Assembly: GCF_003553625.1 (NCBI RefSeq)
Contig: NZ_PWEV01000097.1
Length of the DNA: 64,000 nucleotides
Reading direction: 5' to 3' (one strand)
Origin: Halomonas sp.
GTDB taxonomy: Bacteria > Pseudomonadota > Gammaproteobacteria > Pseudomonadales > Halomonadaceae
Below are positions 40,015-49,678 of the stretch, piece by piece. How positions within the stretch are numbered: the first letter of the stretch is position 1; every line of letters starts with the position of its first letter. Position numbers and translations under genes: made by a program. The notes under the pieces were generated by a model. That model was given only the letters and a program-made list of their open reading frames with translations, had not been told where the DNA came from and did no database searches.

Positions 40015-40977
40015 ATGAGTGAATTCGAAGTGAATCCGGTATCCCCGAGTCCTTTCTTTACCGTGATCATTCCGGTTCACAACAAGGCCAACTACCTCGA
40101 GCAGTCACTCGCCTGTGTCTATGCACAGACGTTCAAAGACTTCGAGATCATTGCGGTCGATGACTGCTCCAGTGATGGCTCTCTGGATATTTTGAAGCGC
40201 CATGAAAGCGCAGGGAAGCTCAGGCTTTACCAGAGAGGTACCCCGGGCCCGGGAGGGTATGCCGCACGTAACTTCGGTGTCACCAAGGCGCATGCCAGCT
40301 GGGTGGTGTTTTTCGATGCCGATGACATCATGCACACAGACCATCTGAGCAACTTTCACGATATGATGAAGCGCTACCCAGGGCTGCGTTTTTATTGCGC
40401 CAACTATGAAAGAAGGGTTGTCGGAAGGGTCTCTCGAAAGGTCATGGAGATATCGACGGGTAAGTACAGCAGGCTTGAAGGGCTGTCGATGTACTCTCGC
40501 GATGACTTCTTTCACATGAACTCGGCCTGTACGCAGGTGTCGCTTTTTGAGGAGCTCGGGGGATTCCCGGCAGGACTCTACCGAAGGGGAGGCGATGTCT
40601 ACTTCTGGGTAAAGCTGCTGACCAGAGTGGAAGAGTTCGCCTACAGCGATGAATTGACATCCGTATGGTGTGTCGATAATAGCTCGGTCACCAAGAATCC
40701 TTCCAACCTTGCCCTGCATCCCATGGCCGATTTCATGGCAAGAGAGCGGCCCTCCCTCGATAGGAAGTGTGAAAGGCAACTGTGTAAGATCGTTAATAGG
40801 AAGGTGATATCTTGGGCAGCTGAGAAGAAAGCCCAGGGTAAGCGATACGATCGGGATCTTTCCCACATCAGTCTAAGAGGAATGTGGTATAGGGATGCAA
40901 TGAGAATTCTATTACTGTTTTTCCCACTAAGGTTATATAATTTTTTTGTGGAGGTAAAAAGAGGTCTTGTTAATTAA
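40015..40977 (+). CDS. GT2 glycosyltransferase
   Basis: FTVIIP.HNK, VDDCSSDGS, ARN.G, FFDADD. Confidence 0.9.
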   Translation: MSEFEVNPVSPSPFFTVIIPVHNKANYLEQSLACVYAQTFKDFEIIAVDDCSSDGSLDILKRHESAGKLRLYQRGTPGPGGYAARNFGVTKAHASWVVFFDADDIMHTDHLSNFHDMMKRYPGLRFYCANYERRVVGRVSRKVMEISTGKYSRLEGLSMYSRDDFFHMNSACTQVSLFEELGGFPAGLYRRGGDVYFWVKLLTRVEEFAYSDELTSVWCVDNSSVTKNPSNLALHPMADFMARERPSLDRKCERQLCKIVNRKVISWAAEKKAQGKRYDRDLSHISLRGMWYRDAMRILLLFFPLRLYNFFVEVKRGLVN

Positions 40978-41062
40978 AGTGGATAAATGAAGATTGGCAT
41001 GTAGTTAAGTAACTATTCAAAATTAATTGTGTGACTATTTTTATAGCCAATGAGCAGCCGGT

Positions 41063-41245
41063 CTAACTCATCGGCAGCGAAGTATTCTTCACCTCTCGCC
41101 ACATGATCTCAATCGGGTGCAGTTCCGACGAGTAAGCCGCTAGGTAGATCAGGTACACACGATGCGATAACACTCTATTATCTTTCGCCTGAGGCCTTGG
41201 GGCGATGCATGCTGGCATTGTCGAGCACCACCAAGCGCAAGACCG
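41063..41245 (-). mobile_element. IS630-family transposase remnant (frameshifted)
   Basis: Minus strand LVVLDNASMHR in one frame, then YLAAYSSELHPIEIMW in another (cf. DNA.xH and LP.YSPELNPIE..W of DDE_3). Confidence 0.75.
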
Positions 41246-41336
41246 GCGTGCGATCACTGCTCCCCTCGATTTCTCCGGAAGTCAAGTTGATTTAAATGTA
41301 GGTTTTCAAATTTCCATATGAGCCGAGAGAAAGTTT

Positions 41337-41981
41337 ATGAAATATCATAAAAAAATCTATAATGCGCTCAGGAAAAAAATATTAGTCTTAATAAAGAAAA
41401 GACATGCCTCTCGTGTGTTAAATAAATATGGTGAGATGGCTCCACGGGAAGGAGAAGTCATTTGGATTGATCCATGTAGCGTTTCAGGGCATATGTCTCC
41501 TACTGTCTGGAATGCTCTGAAAAAAAAGACGGGATTCAACGGTGGTACCATAGTCGGTGGCAAATGGGACATCACGGACGTGGAATACTTGGATTTTACA
41601 AGTGAGGATCCTTTTGTTAGCTGCTACGATCATTGGATTAATGGAAAATGTTGGCAACAAACATCTCTATTTGTTGAAAATCCACCTAGATTGATACGCG
41701 GTGAAACTCGCAGTCGAAGACTGACGCTAGATGAGCTTAAGACAAGATATGAAAAGCTAGATAAAATATATCACTCCATAGAATCAAAAGGTGAGATGAG
41801 CACCGAAAAAAAAGATCTAGTAAAAATTAGCATTGCACGTGATGGAACCCTGATATGGGGTCCTGATGGTCGACATCGATTGTGCATCGCTATTTGCATC
41901 GGAATTGTCAAAATTCCTGCGCTTACAGGATTCGTACATGCTGAGGCCGTCGATGTTTTTCAGACTCTTCGCAACACTTAG
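41337..41981 (+). CDS. Hypothetical protein with ParB/Srx-like DGxHR motif
   Basis: LDKIYHSIE..G...I.IARDG..IWGPDGRHRLCIA..IGI.KIP; AT-rich. Confidence 0.65.
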   Translation: MKYHKKIYNALRKKILVLIKKRHASRVLNKYGEMAPREGEVIWIDPCSVSGHMSPTVWNALKKKTGFNGGTIVGGKWDITDVEYLDFTSEDPFVSCYDHWINGKCWQQTSLFVENPPRLIRGETRSRRLTLDELKTRYEKLDKIYHSIESKGEMSTEKKDLVKISIARDGTLIWGPDGRHRLCIAICIGIVKIPALTGFVHAEAVDVFQTLRNT

Positions 41982-42148
41982 AAGTGCCTTAACAATATGG
42001 TAAATGGGGGCTGAAGGTAAGGGATAACAAGATTTAAATAATTTACCTGTGATGGTGGCAAGGAGAACGGTAAGTTTGCCTTTTAAATTATTTGCGAGGC
42101 GGGGAGTATTTATTTAAGTTTCACTATATTGAACAGGTTATAAATTAT

Positions 42149-42937
42149 ATGGCCGTTATTACGTCGAGATTCAAGCCGGTAGCGAATCGCATCATGGCTC
42201 GATTTGGTTATCAGGTTTCCCGCATACAGCAACCTTTTGTAGAGAGAAAAGATTGCCGAATTGCTGGAAGAATTGTCGAAATGGTTGGTGCTAGTGGAGT
42301 TGGAAAAAGTACAACTCTTCGAAGTGCAAAACCTCATCTTGGTGCTGCCTGGAATTTCGAATACCCACACCCGAGCAATGAAATTGATAGTGTAAATGAA
42401 AATGAAAGGCTTTATAGAGATTTGCTTTCTGACCGTTCAAAAGAAATTATTTTAGACAGGGATATGCGTAACGTTAAGCCACTATTTAGTCACTGTTACG
42501 ATGTAATGATGGGAGAGATGACATTATTAAAATCCGGTTATAAAGAGTCCGGATACATGTTCGATGAAGGTTTTTTCCATCTTTTTGGAGCCTTCATGCT
42601 TCGACGTACACAAAAGGGAATTTTGTGTAAAGACGAAGCTATTAGCTTGTTAGCAAACAGGAGTATAATTGTCTTCGATGCTGACAGTGCAACCATTTTA
42701 CAGCGGTTACGTCAGCGCAAAGAAAGTATGCCAGGAGCCGTTAATGATTTGCTTAGCAGCTACACTATTTCTGAGATAGAGAAAAGAGTGAAGATGCACT
42801 ATGCTAGCAATAAAGACTTTCTTGATTTTTGCTATGCTGCCGGATGTCGTATATTCAGAATAGATGCGAACGCCGATCTAGATGGGCGCGTTGAACAGCT
42901 TTTAAGTATAGAATCCCTAATCGTGGACGAGGAATAA
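42149..42937 (+). CDS. P-loop NTPase / NMP-kinase-like protein
   Basis: IVEMVGASGVGKST Walker A, MFDEG, ILQRLRQR lid-like motif; start inferred at MAVITS. Confidence 0.7.
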   Translation: MAVITSRFKPVANRIMARFGYQVSRIQQPFVERKDCRIAGRIVEMVGASGVGKSTTLRSAKPHLGAAWNFEYPHPSNEIDSVNENERLYRDLLSDRSKEIILDRDMRNVKPLFSHCYDVMMGEMTLLKSGYKESGYMFDEGFFHLFGAFMLRRTQKGILCKDEAISLLANRSIIVFDADSATILQRLRQRKESMPGAVNDLLSSYTISEIEKRVKMHYASNKDFLDFCYAAGCRIFRIDANADLDGRVEQLLSIESLIVDEE

Positions 42938-43263
42938 AGTTAAATTATTTATCATTACTTTGTGCTCATAAGTACAACAACTAGATTTGTAGCGCGCGGT
43001 AAAGTAAGGGCCCGCAGCAGCAAGTAAAGCGATCTGCCGTTAGTCATTACGGCTTCCGATAATTTCGCCGAATATAATAAAAGTGCCCATGTTCTGCCCT
43101 ATGAATTCTGTTCAGAGAGCTTTATAAATCGTTGCCATCGCTTGCTATTGCGGATGGCTATAAGTTCCCCTGTCATTAAGCGGTATGCAAGTCAATCATA
43201 GTATAAAGTAAAGACAAAAAAACGGCAGTCATGCTAATATCCAATATTTAGGAAAGAAAGTAT

Positions 43264-43914
43264 ATGCGACGCATAGTGCAGGCTTTTCTGGCAAAAATAT
43301 ATAGAGTGCTGAAAGCTTTGTGGCGCTCTCTAGAGAGAGCAGATGTGCCCAAGTTCAATTCCTGCGGTGTGGGATTTTCATTTGACTTGCCGCTCAAAGT
43401 CCTAAACCCACAATGCATTTCAGTAGGCGATCATGTAAAGCTTGGCCCTTCCTGTCAACTTGCTGCAATTAAAGAGTACCCAGGTCCATGGCTTCGGTCA
43501 GCAGGTTTAGATATTGATCTTCAACGATTTGATCCTGTGATTTATATTGGAAACCGCGTAACCGCTACTAACGGACTACACATTTTTGCCCAAAGCAGTG
43601 TAGTGATTGGGGATGGCGTAAGCTTTGGTCCTAATGTATACATTAACGATGCATCTCATGGTCGAAAATCAATAAAAATACCGTTTGTTAGCCAACCACT
43701 ACAGGATGTGGAGGGAGTGAGTATAGGGAACGGTTGTTGGATTTCAGCTAATGTAGTTATACTACCTGGCGTTAATATTGGGGAGCAGTCAATTATCGGA
43801 GCCAACAGTGTTGTTAGTGAAAACTGTCCTCCCTTTTGTATTGCAGTAGGAGTGCCCGCTAGAGTAGTTAAGCAATGGAATTTTGAGACTCAGAGCTGGG
43901 AGAAAGTCGAGTAA
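43264..43914 (+). CDS. Left-handed beta-helix (hexapeptide) acyltransferase
   Basis: IGNGCWISANVVILPGVNIGEQSIIGANSVV...GVPARV. Confidence 0.88.
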   Translation: MRRIVQAFLAKIYRVLKALWRSLERADVPKFNSCGVGFSFDLPLKVLNPQCISVGDHVKLGPSCQLAAIKEYPGPWLRSAGLDIDLQRFDPVIYIGNRVTATNGLHIFAQSSVVIGDGVSFGPNVYINDASHGRKSIKIPFVSQPLQDVEGVSIGNGCWISANVVILPGVNIGEQSIIGANSVVSENCPPFCIAVGVPARVVKQWNFETQSWEKVE

Positions 43915-44110
43915 TCTTGGTTAAATATATATAGTAATCGTGATTTGCAACGATCTCTTTTATATCCCAGTCAAATCTTCATGGATTGATTTTTAGTAAG
44001 TTAAGAAATTTTTCTGGTCATTGCCTAAAGTTAAGTTCTGAATTATTAAGGCTCGGCGGTAAATGCATGTTTTTTGCTAATTGAGAATGGTCTTAATATA
44101 GGTTATTTTT

Positions 44111-46147
44111 ATGAAACTTAATAAAATTAATTTACTTATATCAAAGTCGACAATGACAGAAGAGTTTTTTGCGCCAACAAGTCGCGTTATTTCATTCGAC
44201 GTGTTCGATACCGTAGTTACGCGATTGGTAGGAGCTCCTTCCTCTGTTTTTCTGTTACTTGGAAGGCGTCTCAGCCTCAGCGGGAAGATTCAATGTTCAC
44301 CTGCTGCATTTTATGAGCATCGTATTGAGGCAGAAAGACGATCAAAGCGCATTGCCTATCCGTACGACGTCACTCTGGAGACTATCTATCATGAGCTGAG
44401 CGCTGCTTTAGGGATGTCGGAAAAAGATGCCGAGGTACTGGCTGACTTTGAGCGTCATCTTGAGACTGAATTGATTTGTGCGATTCCTGAAATGCATAAT
44501 CATGTAGAGTATGCGCGTACACGTTGCGGTCGTATTGTGTTTCTGTCAGACATGTATCTTAGTTCACCGTTTATCCAGTCGCGTTTGGCTGATATTGGGT
44601 TGTTTCGAAAAGGAGATACTTGCTATGTATCATGCGAGACGGAGAGCTCCAAGCGAAACGGTGATTCTTTCCGGAATATGGCAAATCGCGAGGCGGTTTC
44701 GCTTGGAGAGATTTTACATGTGGGTGATAACTATAGCGCGGATATATTAGCAGCTCGCAACTCAGGGGTTAATACCAAACATTATCAACATGCACACCTG
44801 AATAGGTACGAGAAGATTCTGGAGACATACTCCGTCACTACCGATGGCCTGACGTCGGTGATGGCAGGCGCATCTCGCATGACCCGACTTTCTGTCGATG
44901 CACCAACGCCGATACAGGCCGCATTACGAGACTTGTCAGCTGGCGTGATTGCACCGGTGCTCTCCGGGTATGTTTTGTGGCTTCTGAGACGCGCGAAGAG
45001 CCTGGGACTGACCAGGTTGTATTTTGTTTCCCGTGATGGACAGATTCTTCTCGATATCGCACGGCGTATGTCCCAGAAAATTGCGGGACTAGACATAGAA
45101 TTTAGTTACTTCTACGGTAGCCGTCAGGCGCTACGTATTGCAAATCTACGCGAAATTGATGATGAAGCACTGGCATGGATTCTGCGAAGAACGGGAGAGC
45201 GTTCGGTCAGGAGCTATCTGGCAAGAGTGGCTCTCACTCCGGAGGATATACGTGCATCGCTACTGGAGGCTGGACTTTTAGAGCGCGACTGGAGTAAACC
45301 TCTTTCCGAAAAATCCCATAAGGCGCTGAGCGAGGTGCTTGTGCGGGGGCATCCGGCCGAGTTGATTCTCCGGCGGGCCGCTGATGCCAAAGAACTATTG
45401 ATCAGATACGCGCAGCAAGAGGGCATGCTGGATGCTGGCGAGTGGGGGATTGTGGATACATGCGGCCGGGGGCAGATGCTCAGCGCACTGGCTGATTTGG
45501 TAGTAGAGGAAGGGGCGGTCCCACCGACAACATTCTATTTTCAACTAATGCAGGGTGGTGAGCAGTCAGGTAAAAACTGTCAACGCGAGGCTTATTTTTG
45601 TGATGAAAGCCGTCAGCGGGGATACATCAAAATTATTCCGGATCTGACGAATGTAATTGAAATAGCATGCAGTGGAGATCACGGTCTGGTTCAGGGATAC
45701 TCAGAAAAAGAAAACCGGGTATTACCGGTCTTGAGTGCCGATCAGAATACTGCCGCAATTGAAGCTGGGCTGGGGCTGCTGAGAGAATCATGCGCTACCT
45801 TCGTCGACAACCTCTTTCTAGACCCGGACGCCGTTCACATTTGGGCGGACTCACGTGCCGCAAGTGCAGATCTGATAAAAAAGCTCTGGTTTACACCAGA
45901 ACGATGGGAGGCAAGGGCTTGGGGGGCAATGCCGGTGGAGACAGATCACGCTGGACTCTCTGTGAGGCCTCTTGCTCGCCCATTTACAGCAAGCGATATG
46001 GTCATGACATTGCTCCGTTTTCGTCTTCCACCTGGTGGACGTTTATGGCCTCAGGGCAGCTTAGCTGCTAGTTCGGAGCACTATACATACATCATGCGAA
46101 TCGGAATCAGGCTGGGTCGTCGTCTGAAGGCCTTGTCTAAGCGATGA
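44111..46147 (+). CDS. HAD phosphatase plus putative glycan phosphoribosyltransferase (ribofuranosyltransferase-like)
   Basis: SFDVFDT, LSDMY, SSK, HVGDN..AD HAD motifs; then LYFVSRDG, GSRQA, IVDTCGRG; start may be 44153. Confidence 0.72.
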   Translation: MKLNKINLLISKSTMTEEFFAPTSRVISFDVFDTVVTRLVGAPSSVFLLLGRRLSLSGKIQCSPAAFYEHRIEAERRSKRIAYPYDVTLETIYHELSAALGMSEKDAEVLADFERHLETELICAIPEMHNHVEYARTRCGRIVFLSDMYLSSPFIQSRLADIGLFRKGDTCYVSCETESSKRNGDSFRNMANREAVSLGEILHVGDNYSADILAARNSGVNTKHYQHAHLNRYEKILETYSVTTDGLTSVMAGASRMTRLSVDAPTPIQAALRDLSAGVIAPVLSGYVLWLLRRAKSLGLTRLYFVSRDGQILLDIARRMSQKIAGLDIEFSYFYGSRQALRIANLREIDDEALAWILRRTGERSVRSYLARVALTPEDIRASLLEAGLLERDWSKPLSEKSHKALSEVLVRGHPAELILRRAADAKELLIRYAQQEGMLDAGEWGIVDTCGRGQMLSALADLVVEEGAVPPTTFYFQLMQGGEQSGKNCQREAYFCDESRQRGYIKIIPDLTNVIEIACSGDHGLVQGYSEKENRVLPVLSADQNTAAIEAGLGLLRESCATFVDNLFLDPDAVHIWADSRAASADLIKKLWFTPERWEARAWGAMPVETDHAGLSVRPLARPFTASDMVMTLLRFRLPPGGRLWPQGSLAASSEHYTYIMRIGIRLGRRLKALSKR

Positions 46148-46308
46148 AATAACTCTCGGTAAGCGGTCGCGACTCTCCAGTTGCTGGTTTTTAATAATAA
46201 GCCCGTACGCATACTGGTCGCCATCTGAATGTTTCTGTAAGTCTGTTATTTTTGTGAAAATTTTAAAAGCTGGTGTTGGCCACTTGCAATCACATGAGAA
46301 GAGATAAA

Positions 46309-47538
46309 ATGCGTATATGTGTGATGTCTACGATATTTCCGATTATCTCTGAAACCTTTGTGATGGAGCACGTAACCAGTCTTTTGAATAATGAATTTGA
46401 TGTTCATGTCCTCGCGGATCGAGAAGTAGATGCCGCCTGGGAAAGCTTGGGCACCTACCAGGCAGAACTAAAGCCGCTGGTATGGCACTACCAGAGGCCT
46501 GTGAATAAAATATCACGGATCCGTGGTGTATTACGTCACGCTTTGTACCACATTTTTAATGGAAGTTACGAATACTTTAATAGCTGGAACATACTGCGGT
46601 TCGGTAAATATTCCGCAAGCCTTAATCTTCCTTATGTCTATAATGCTGCTTTATTGCTCGGCTCTGTTGATATACTGCATTGCCACTTCGGGCCCAATGG
46701 CATAGTTGGTGCCCATCTCAAAAAGCTCGGGATTATAAAAAAACTGATAGTAACATTTCATGGATATGATGTTTCCCTTTTATTGAAGGATGGGAGGCAT
46801 AATAACGATTATAGGCCTGTGTTCGAAGAGGCAGACTTGATTCTTCCCGTCAGTGAATTCTGGTATCAAAAATTACTCGAGATTGGTGCTCCTTCGAGTC
46901 GTATGTATGTTCATCGTATGGGTATCGATATTGATCAATTCTCTTACCAGGAAAGAATCGCAAAAGACGGTGAAATCAGATTAATTACCACTGCACGTTT
47001 TGTCGAAAAGAAAGGTCTTGCGTACGCCATAAAAGCAGTTGCTCATGTTAAAAATATGCGTCCGGATATCAATATTAAGTACGATATAATTGGTGACGGA
47101 TGCTTATGGAACGAGATTCAAGAGCTAATAGCTTCGCTTGGCGTCACGGAGTACATCAACCTTCACGGCTCTCTGCCGCACAATAGAGTTAAAGTTCTAT
47201 TGGCTGAGGCAGATGTCTTTATTTTACCAAGCGTTAAGGCTACAGACGGTGACCAAGAAGGCATTCCTGTCTCGTTGATGGAAGCCATGGCTTGCGGAAT
47301 GCCTGTTTTGTCTACCTGGCATAGTGGCATTCCAGAGTTGGTCGAGCATGATGTATCAGGGTTTCTGGTTCCCGAACGAGATTTTATTGATCTGGCCGAA
47401 AAGATTATCTGTCTTTATGATCACCCTGAAAAATGGTCTGAATTTGGCACGGCGGGTCGTGCTAAGGTTGAAAAAGAATATAACAAAGAAATCCAGAGCG
47501 CCCTGCTTATCGATAGATACAAACAGCTCTCTCACTAA
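46309..47538 (+). CDS. GT4 glycosyltransferase (WcaL-like)
   Basis: FP.ISETFV, HCHFGPNG, TFHGYD, ARFVEKKG, DQEGIPVSLMEAMA, HSGIPEL. Confidence 0.9.
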   Translation: MRICVMSTIFPIISETFVMEHVTSLLNNEFDVHVLADREVDAAWESLGTYQAELKPLVWHYQRPVNKISRIRGVLRHALYHIFNGSYEYFNSWNILRFGKYSASLNLPYVYNAALLLGSVDILHCHFGPNGIVGAHLKKLGIIKKLIVTFHGYDVSLLLKDGRHNNDYRPVFEEADLILPVSEFWYQKLLEIGAPSSRMYVHRMGIDIDQFSYQERIAKDGEIRLITTARFVEKKGLAYAIKAVAHVKNMRPDINIKYDIIGDGCLWNEIQELIASLGVTEYINLHGSLPHNRVKVLLAEADVFILPSVKATDGDQEGIPVSLMEAMACGMPVLSTWHSGIPELVEHDVSGFLVPERDFIDLAEKIICLYDHPEKWSEFGTAGRAKVEKEYNKEIQSALLIDRYKQLSH

Positions 47539-47549
47539 ATTAAAAAATT

Positions 47550-47675
47550 AAGGTCGAGCACCCGTTTCATGTCATCAAGATCCTCGTCGCGTACCGACGG
47601 GTGCGCCCCATGGGGCTGGTCATGAACCAGGCTCATATTCAGTCTGATCAGGATTGACAACCTGGTGCTGACAAC
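47550..47675 (+). mobile_element. IS5-family transposase C-terminal remnant
   Basis: KVEHPFHVIKILVAYRRVRPMGLVMNQAHI, then after a frameshift DNLVL (cf. KVEHPFRVIK.QFGY.KVRYRGL.KN.AQL...NL). Confidence 0.75.
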
Positions 47676-47863
47676 ACCATGCGAGAGGCAAGTTGATGGG
47701 CCAGTGTGCCCTGAGGCTGCCATGGTAGGCGGATAAGATGGCTGCCAAGGAAGTATGCCGTCTGTGATGTTTAGACATTAACCGCTGAGGTGTAGGGGTG
47801 GCTGTGCTGAGTGCCAAAGAGGCTCGTTATTGAATTTATCAGCATCTCATTGAAGGGTGGACT

Positions 47864-48325
47864 ATGAAAAGAACAGTTATAACTTATGGAACCTTTGACA
47901 TGTTCCATGTCGGACATTTGAATCTTCTTCGGCGTGCTTCAAATCTAGGCGACCGATTGGTCGTTGCAGTTTCAACGGACGAGTTCAATGCCGGCAAGGG
48001 AAAACGAACTCTTATTCCTTTCGAACAGCGCGCAGAGATCGTACGTAATATCCGTTATGTCGATGAAGTGATTCCCGAAGCCTCTTGGGAGCAGAAGCTT
48101 GACGATGTAAAGCGCTATGGGGTGAGTTTATTTGCAATGGGGGAGGATTGGATAGGGAAGTTCGATTTTCTTTCTCCCTATTGCGAGGTTGTATATCTGC
48201 CTCGAACCGAGGGTGTCTCAACGACCGAACTTAAACGCTCTTTGAATCAATTCTGCAGTGTTTCTCGTGAGGATATCCTTCGCGCTTTTGATGTCATAGA
48301 GCAGCTTCGAAATGACTTTAGTTAA
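47864..48325 (+). CDS. tagD: Glycerol-3-phosphate cytidylyltransferase (TagD-like)
   Basis: TYGTFDMFHVGHLNLL, STDEFN, YLPRTEGVSTT. Confidence 0.88.
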   Translation: MKRTVITYGTFDMFHVGHLNLLRRASNLGDRLVVAVSTDEFNAGKGKRTLIPFEQRAEIVRNIRYVDEVIPEASWEQKLDDVKRYGVSLFAMGEDWIGKFDFLSPYCEVVYLPRTEGVSTTELKRSLNQFCSVSREDILRAFDVIEQLRNDFS

Positions 48326-48579
48326 ATTCTGGTAAGTGAAACAAGCATCTTTTCTATACAGCCTGGAATGCCTCGCTTTGGTTTTTCGTTCGTGAATGCA
48401 CCATCTCGCCTTCCCGAGGCGTTCGATGTCTTCAAGGGGCGCCAGCCCCACGTGTTTTCGATTCTGCTAAGCGCCTGCGGCTAGTCCCCGAGTGACACCG
48501 GTCAGAGGGGATGACGGTTCAGCCGATGCCCACGAGGGCTGTTTAATTTAGTTTTTCTGTACGTCAAGGGAGTTACCCC

Positions 48580-49596
48580 ATGTCGATTCTTGTGACAGGT
48601 GGGGCCGGTTACATTGGCTCACATATGGTGCTCGCTCTGCTTGAGCATCACCATGAGGTAGGGGTGCTGGACAATCTGAGCAATGGTTCAGCCGCCTCGC
48701 TCGAACGGGTCGCGACGTTGACCGGCAGGGACGTTGCCTTCATCGAAGGCGATGTGCGCGATCATGAGCTGCTGGATCGGCTTTTCCGCGAGCATGCGAT
48801 CGACGACGTGCTGCATTTTGCCGGCCTCAAGGCGGTTGGAGAGAGCGTCGAGCACCCCCTGCGTTACTTCGATAACAACGTGTCGGGAACCGTGACCCTA
48901 TGTCGAGCTATGGAGTCCGCCGGCGTTCGTCGTCTGGTCTTCAGCTCTTCGGCAACGGTCTACGGAGAGACCGACACCGTCCCCTATGACGAAGCGCTGC
49001 CTACCGGGGAGCCGACCAACCCCTATGGTCGTTCCAAGCTGATGGTAGAGGAGGTGCTTAGGGACCTGGCGAGGGCCGACACGCGATGGTCCATTGCGTT
49101 GCTGCGCTACTTCAATCCCGTGGGGGCGCACCCCAGTGGGCGCATCGGCGAGGACCCGCACGGCATTCCCAATAACCTCGTGCCTTACATCACCCAGGTC
49201 GCCGTCGGACGCCGGGAGGCGCTATCGGTGTTCGGCAACGACTATCCGACCCCCGATGGCACCGGCGTGAGGGATTACATCCATGTAATGGACCTGGTAG
49301 AGGGGCACCTGGCGGCCATGCAGGCCATCGGCAGGCGTCCGGGCGTTTCGGTCTGGAACCTCGGGTGTGGGCGGGGATACTCGGTTCTCGACATGATTCA
49401 GGCCTTCGAGAAGGCTGCCGGGCGCAAGATTCCCTACCGGATCGCGCCACGTCGAGCCGGGGATCTGGCGCAATACTGGGCCGATGCCGCCAAGGCCGAG
49501 CGAGAGCTGGACTGGAAGGCGACTCGTGGCCTCGAGGTGATGATGGCGGATGCCTGGCGATGGCAGGTCAACAATCCCGGGGGCTATGCCTCTTGA
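48580..49596 (+). CDS. galE: UDP-glucose 4-epimerase
   Basis: GGAGYIGSH, HFAGLKAVGES, YGRSK, LRYFNPVGAH, GVRDYIHV. Confidence 0.96.
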   Translation: MSILVTGGAGYIGSHMVLALLEHHHEVGVLDNLSNGSAASLERVATLTGRDVAFIEGDVRDHELLDRLFREHAIDDVLHFAGLKAVGESVEHPLRYFDNNVSGTVTLCRAMESAGVRRLVFSSSATVYGETDTVPYDEALPTGEPTNPYGRSKLMVEEVLRDLARADTRWSIALLRYFNPVGAHPSGRIGEDPHGIPNNLVPYITQVAVGRREALSVFGNDYPTPDGTGVRDYIHVMDLVEGHLAAMQAIGRRPGVSVWNLGCGRGYSVLDMIQAFEKAAGRKIPYRIAPRRAGDLAQYWADAAKAERELDWKATRGLEVMMADAWRWQVNNPGGYAS

Positions 49597-49678
49597 TCCG
49601 GTCGTGCCCTCTGTCCCCGCACGCAGCCCCCCGGCATGGCTCGGTGGGGCCGAGTCCTCATACCGAGAGTCGAACACC

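Noticed and set aside
41337-42937. ParAB partition system or anti-phage module
   Set aside because: The ParB-like protein lacks an HTH, the NTPase lacks the deviant KGGxGK Walker A, and the context is glycan biosynthesis
42938-43263. Long spacers in and near the AT-rich cassette (also 43915-44110 and 48326-48579) as ncRNAs or pseudogenes
   Set aside because: No recognisable motif, convincing structure or homology visible by eye
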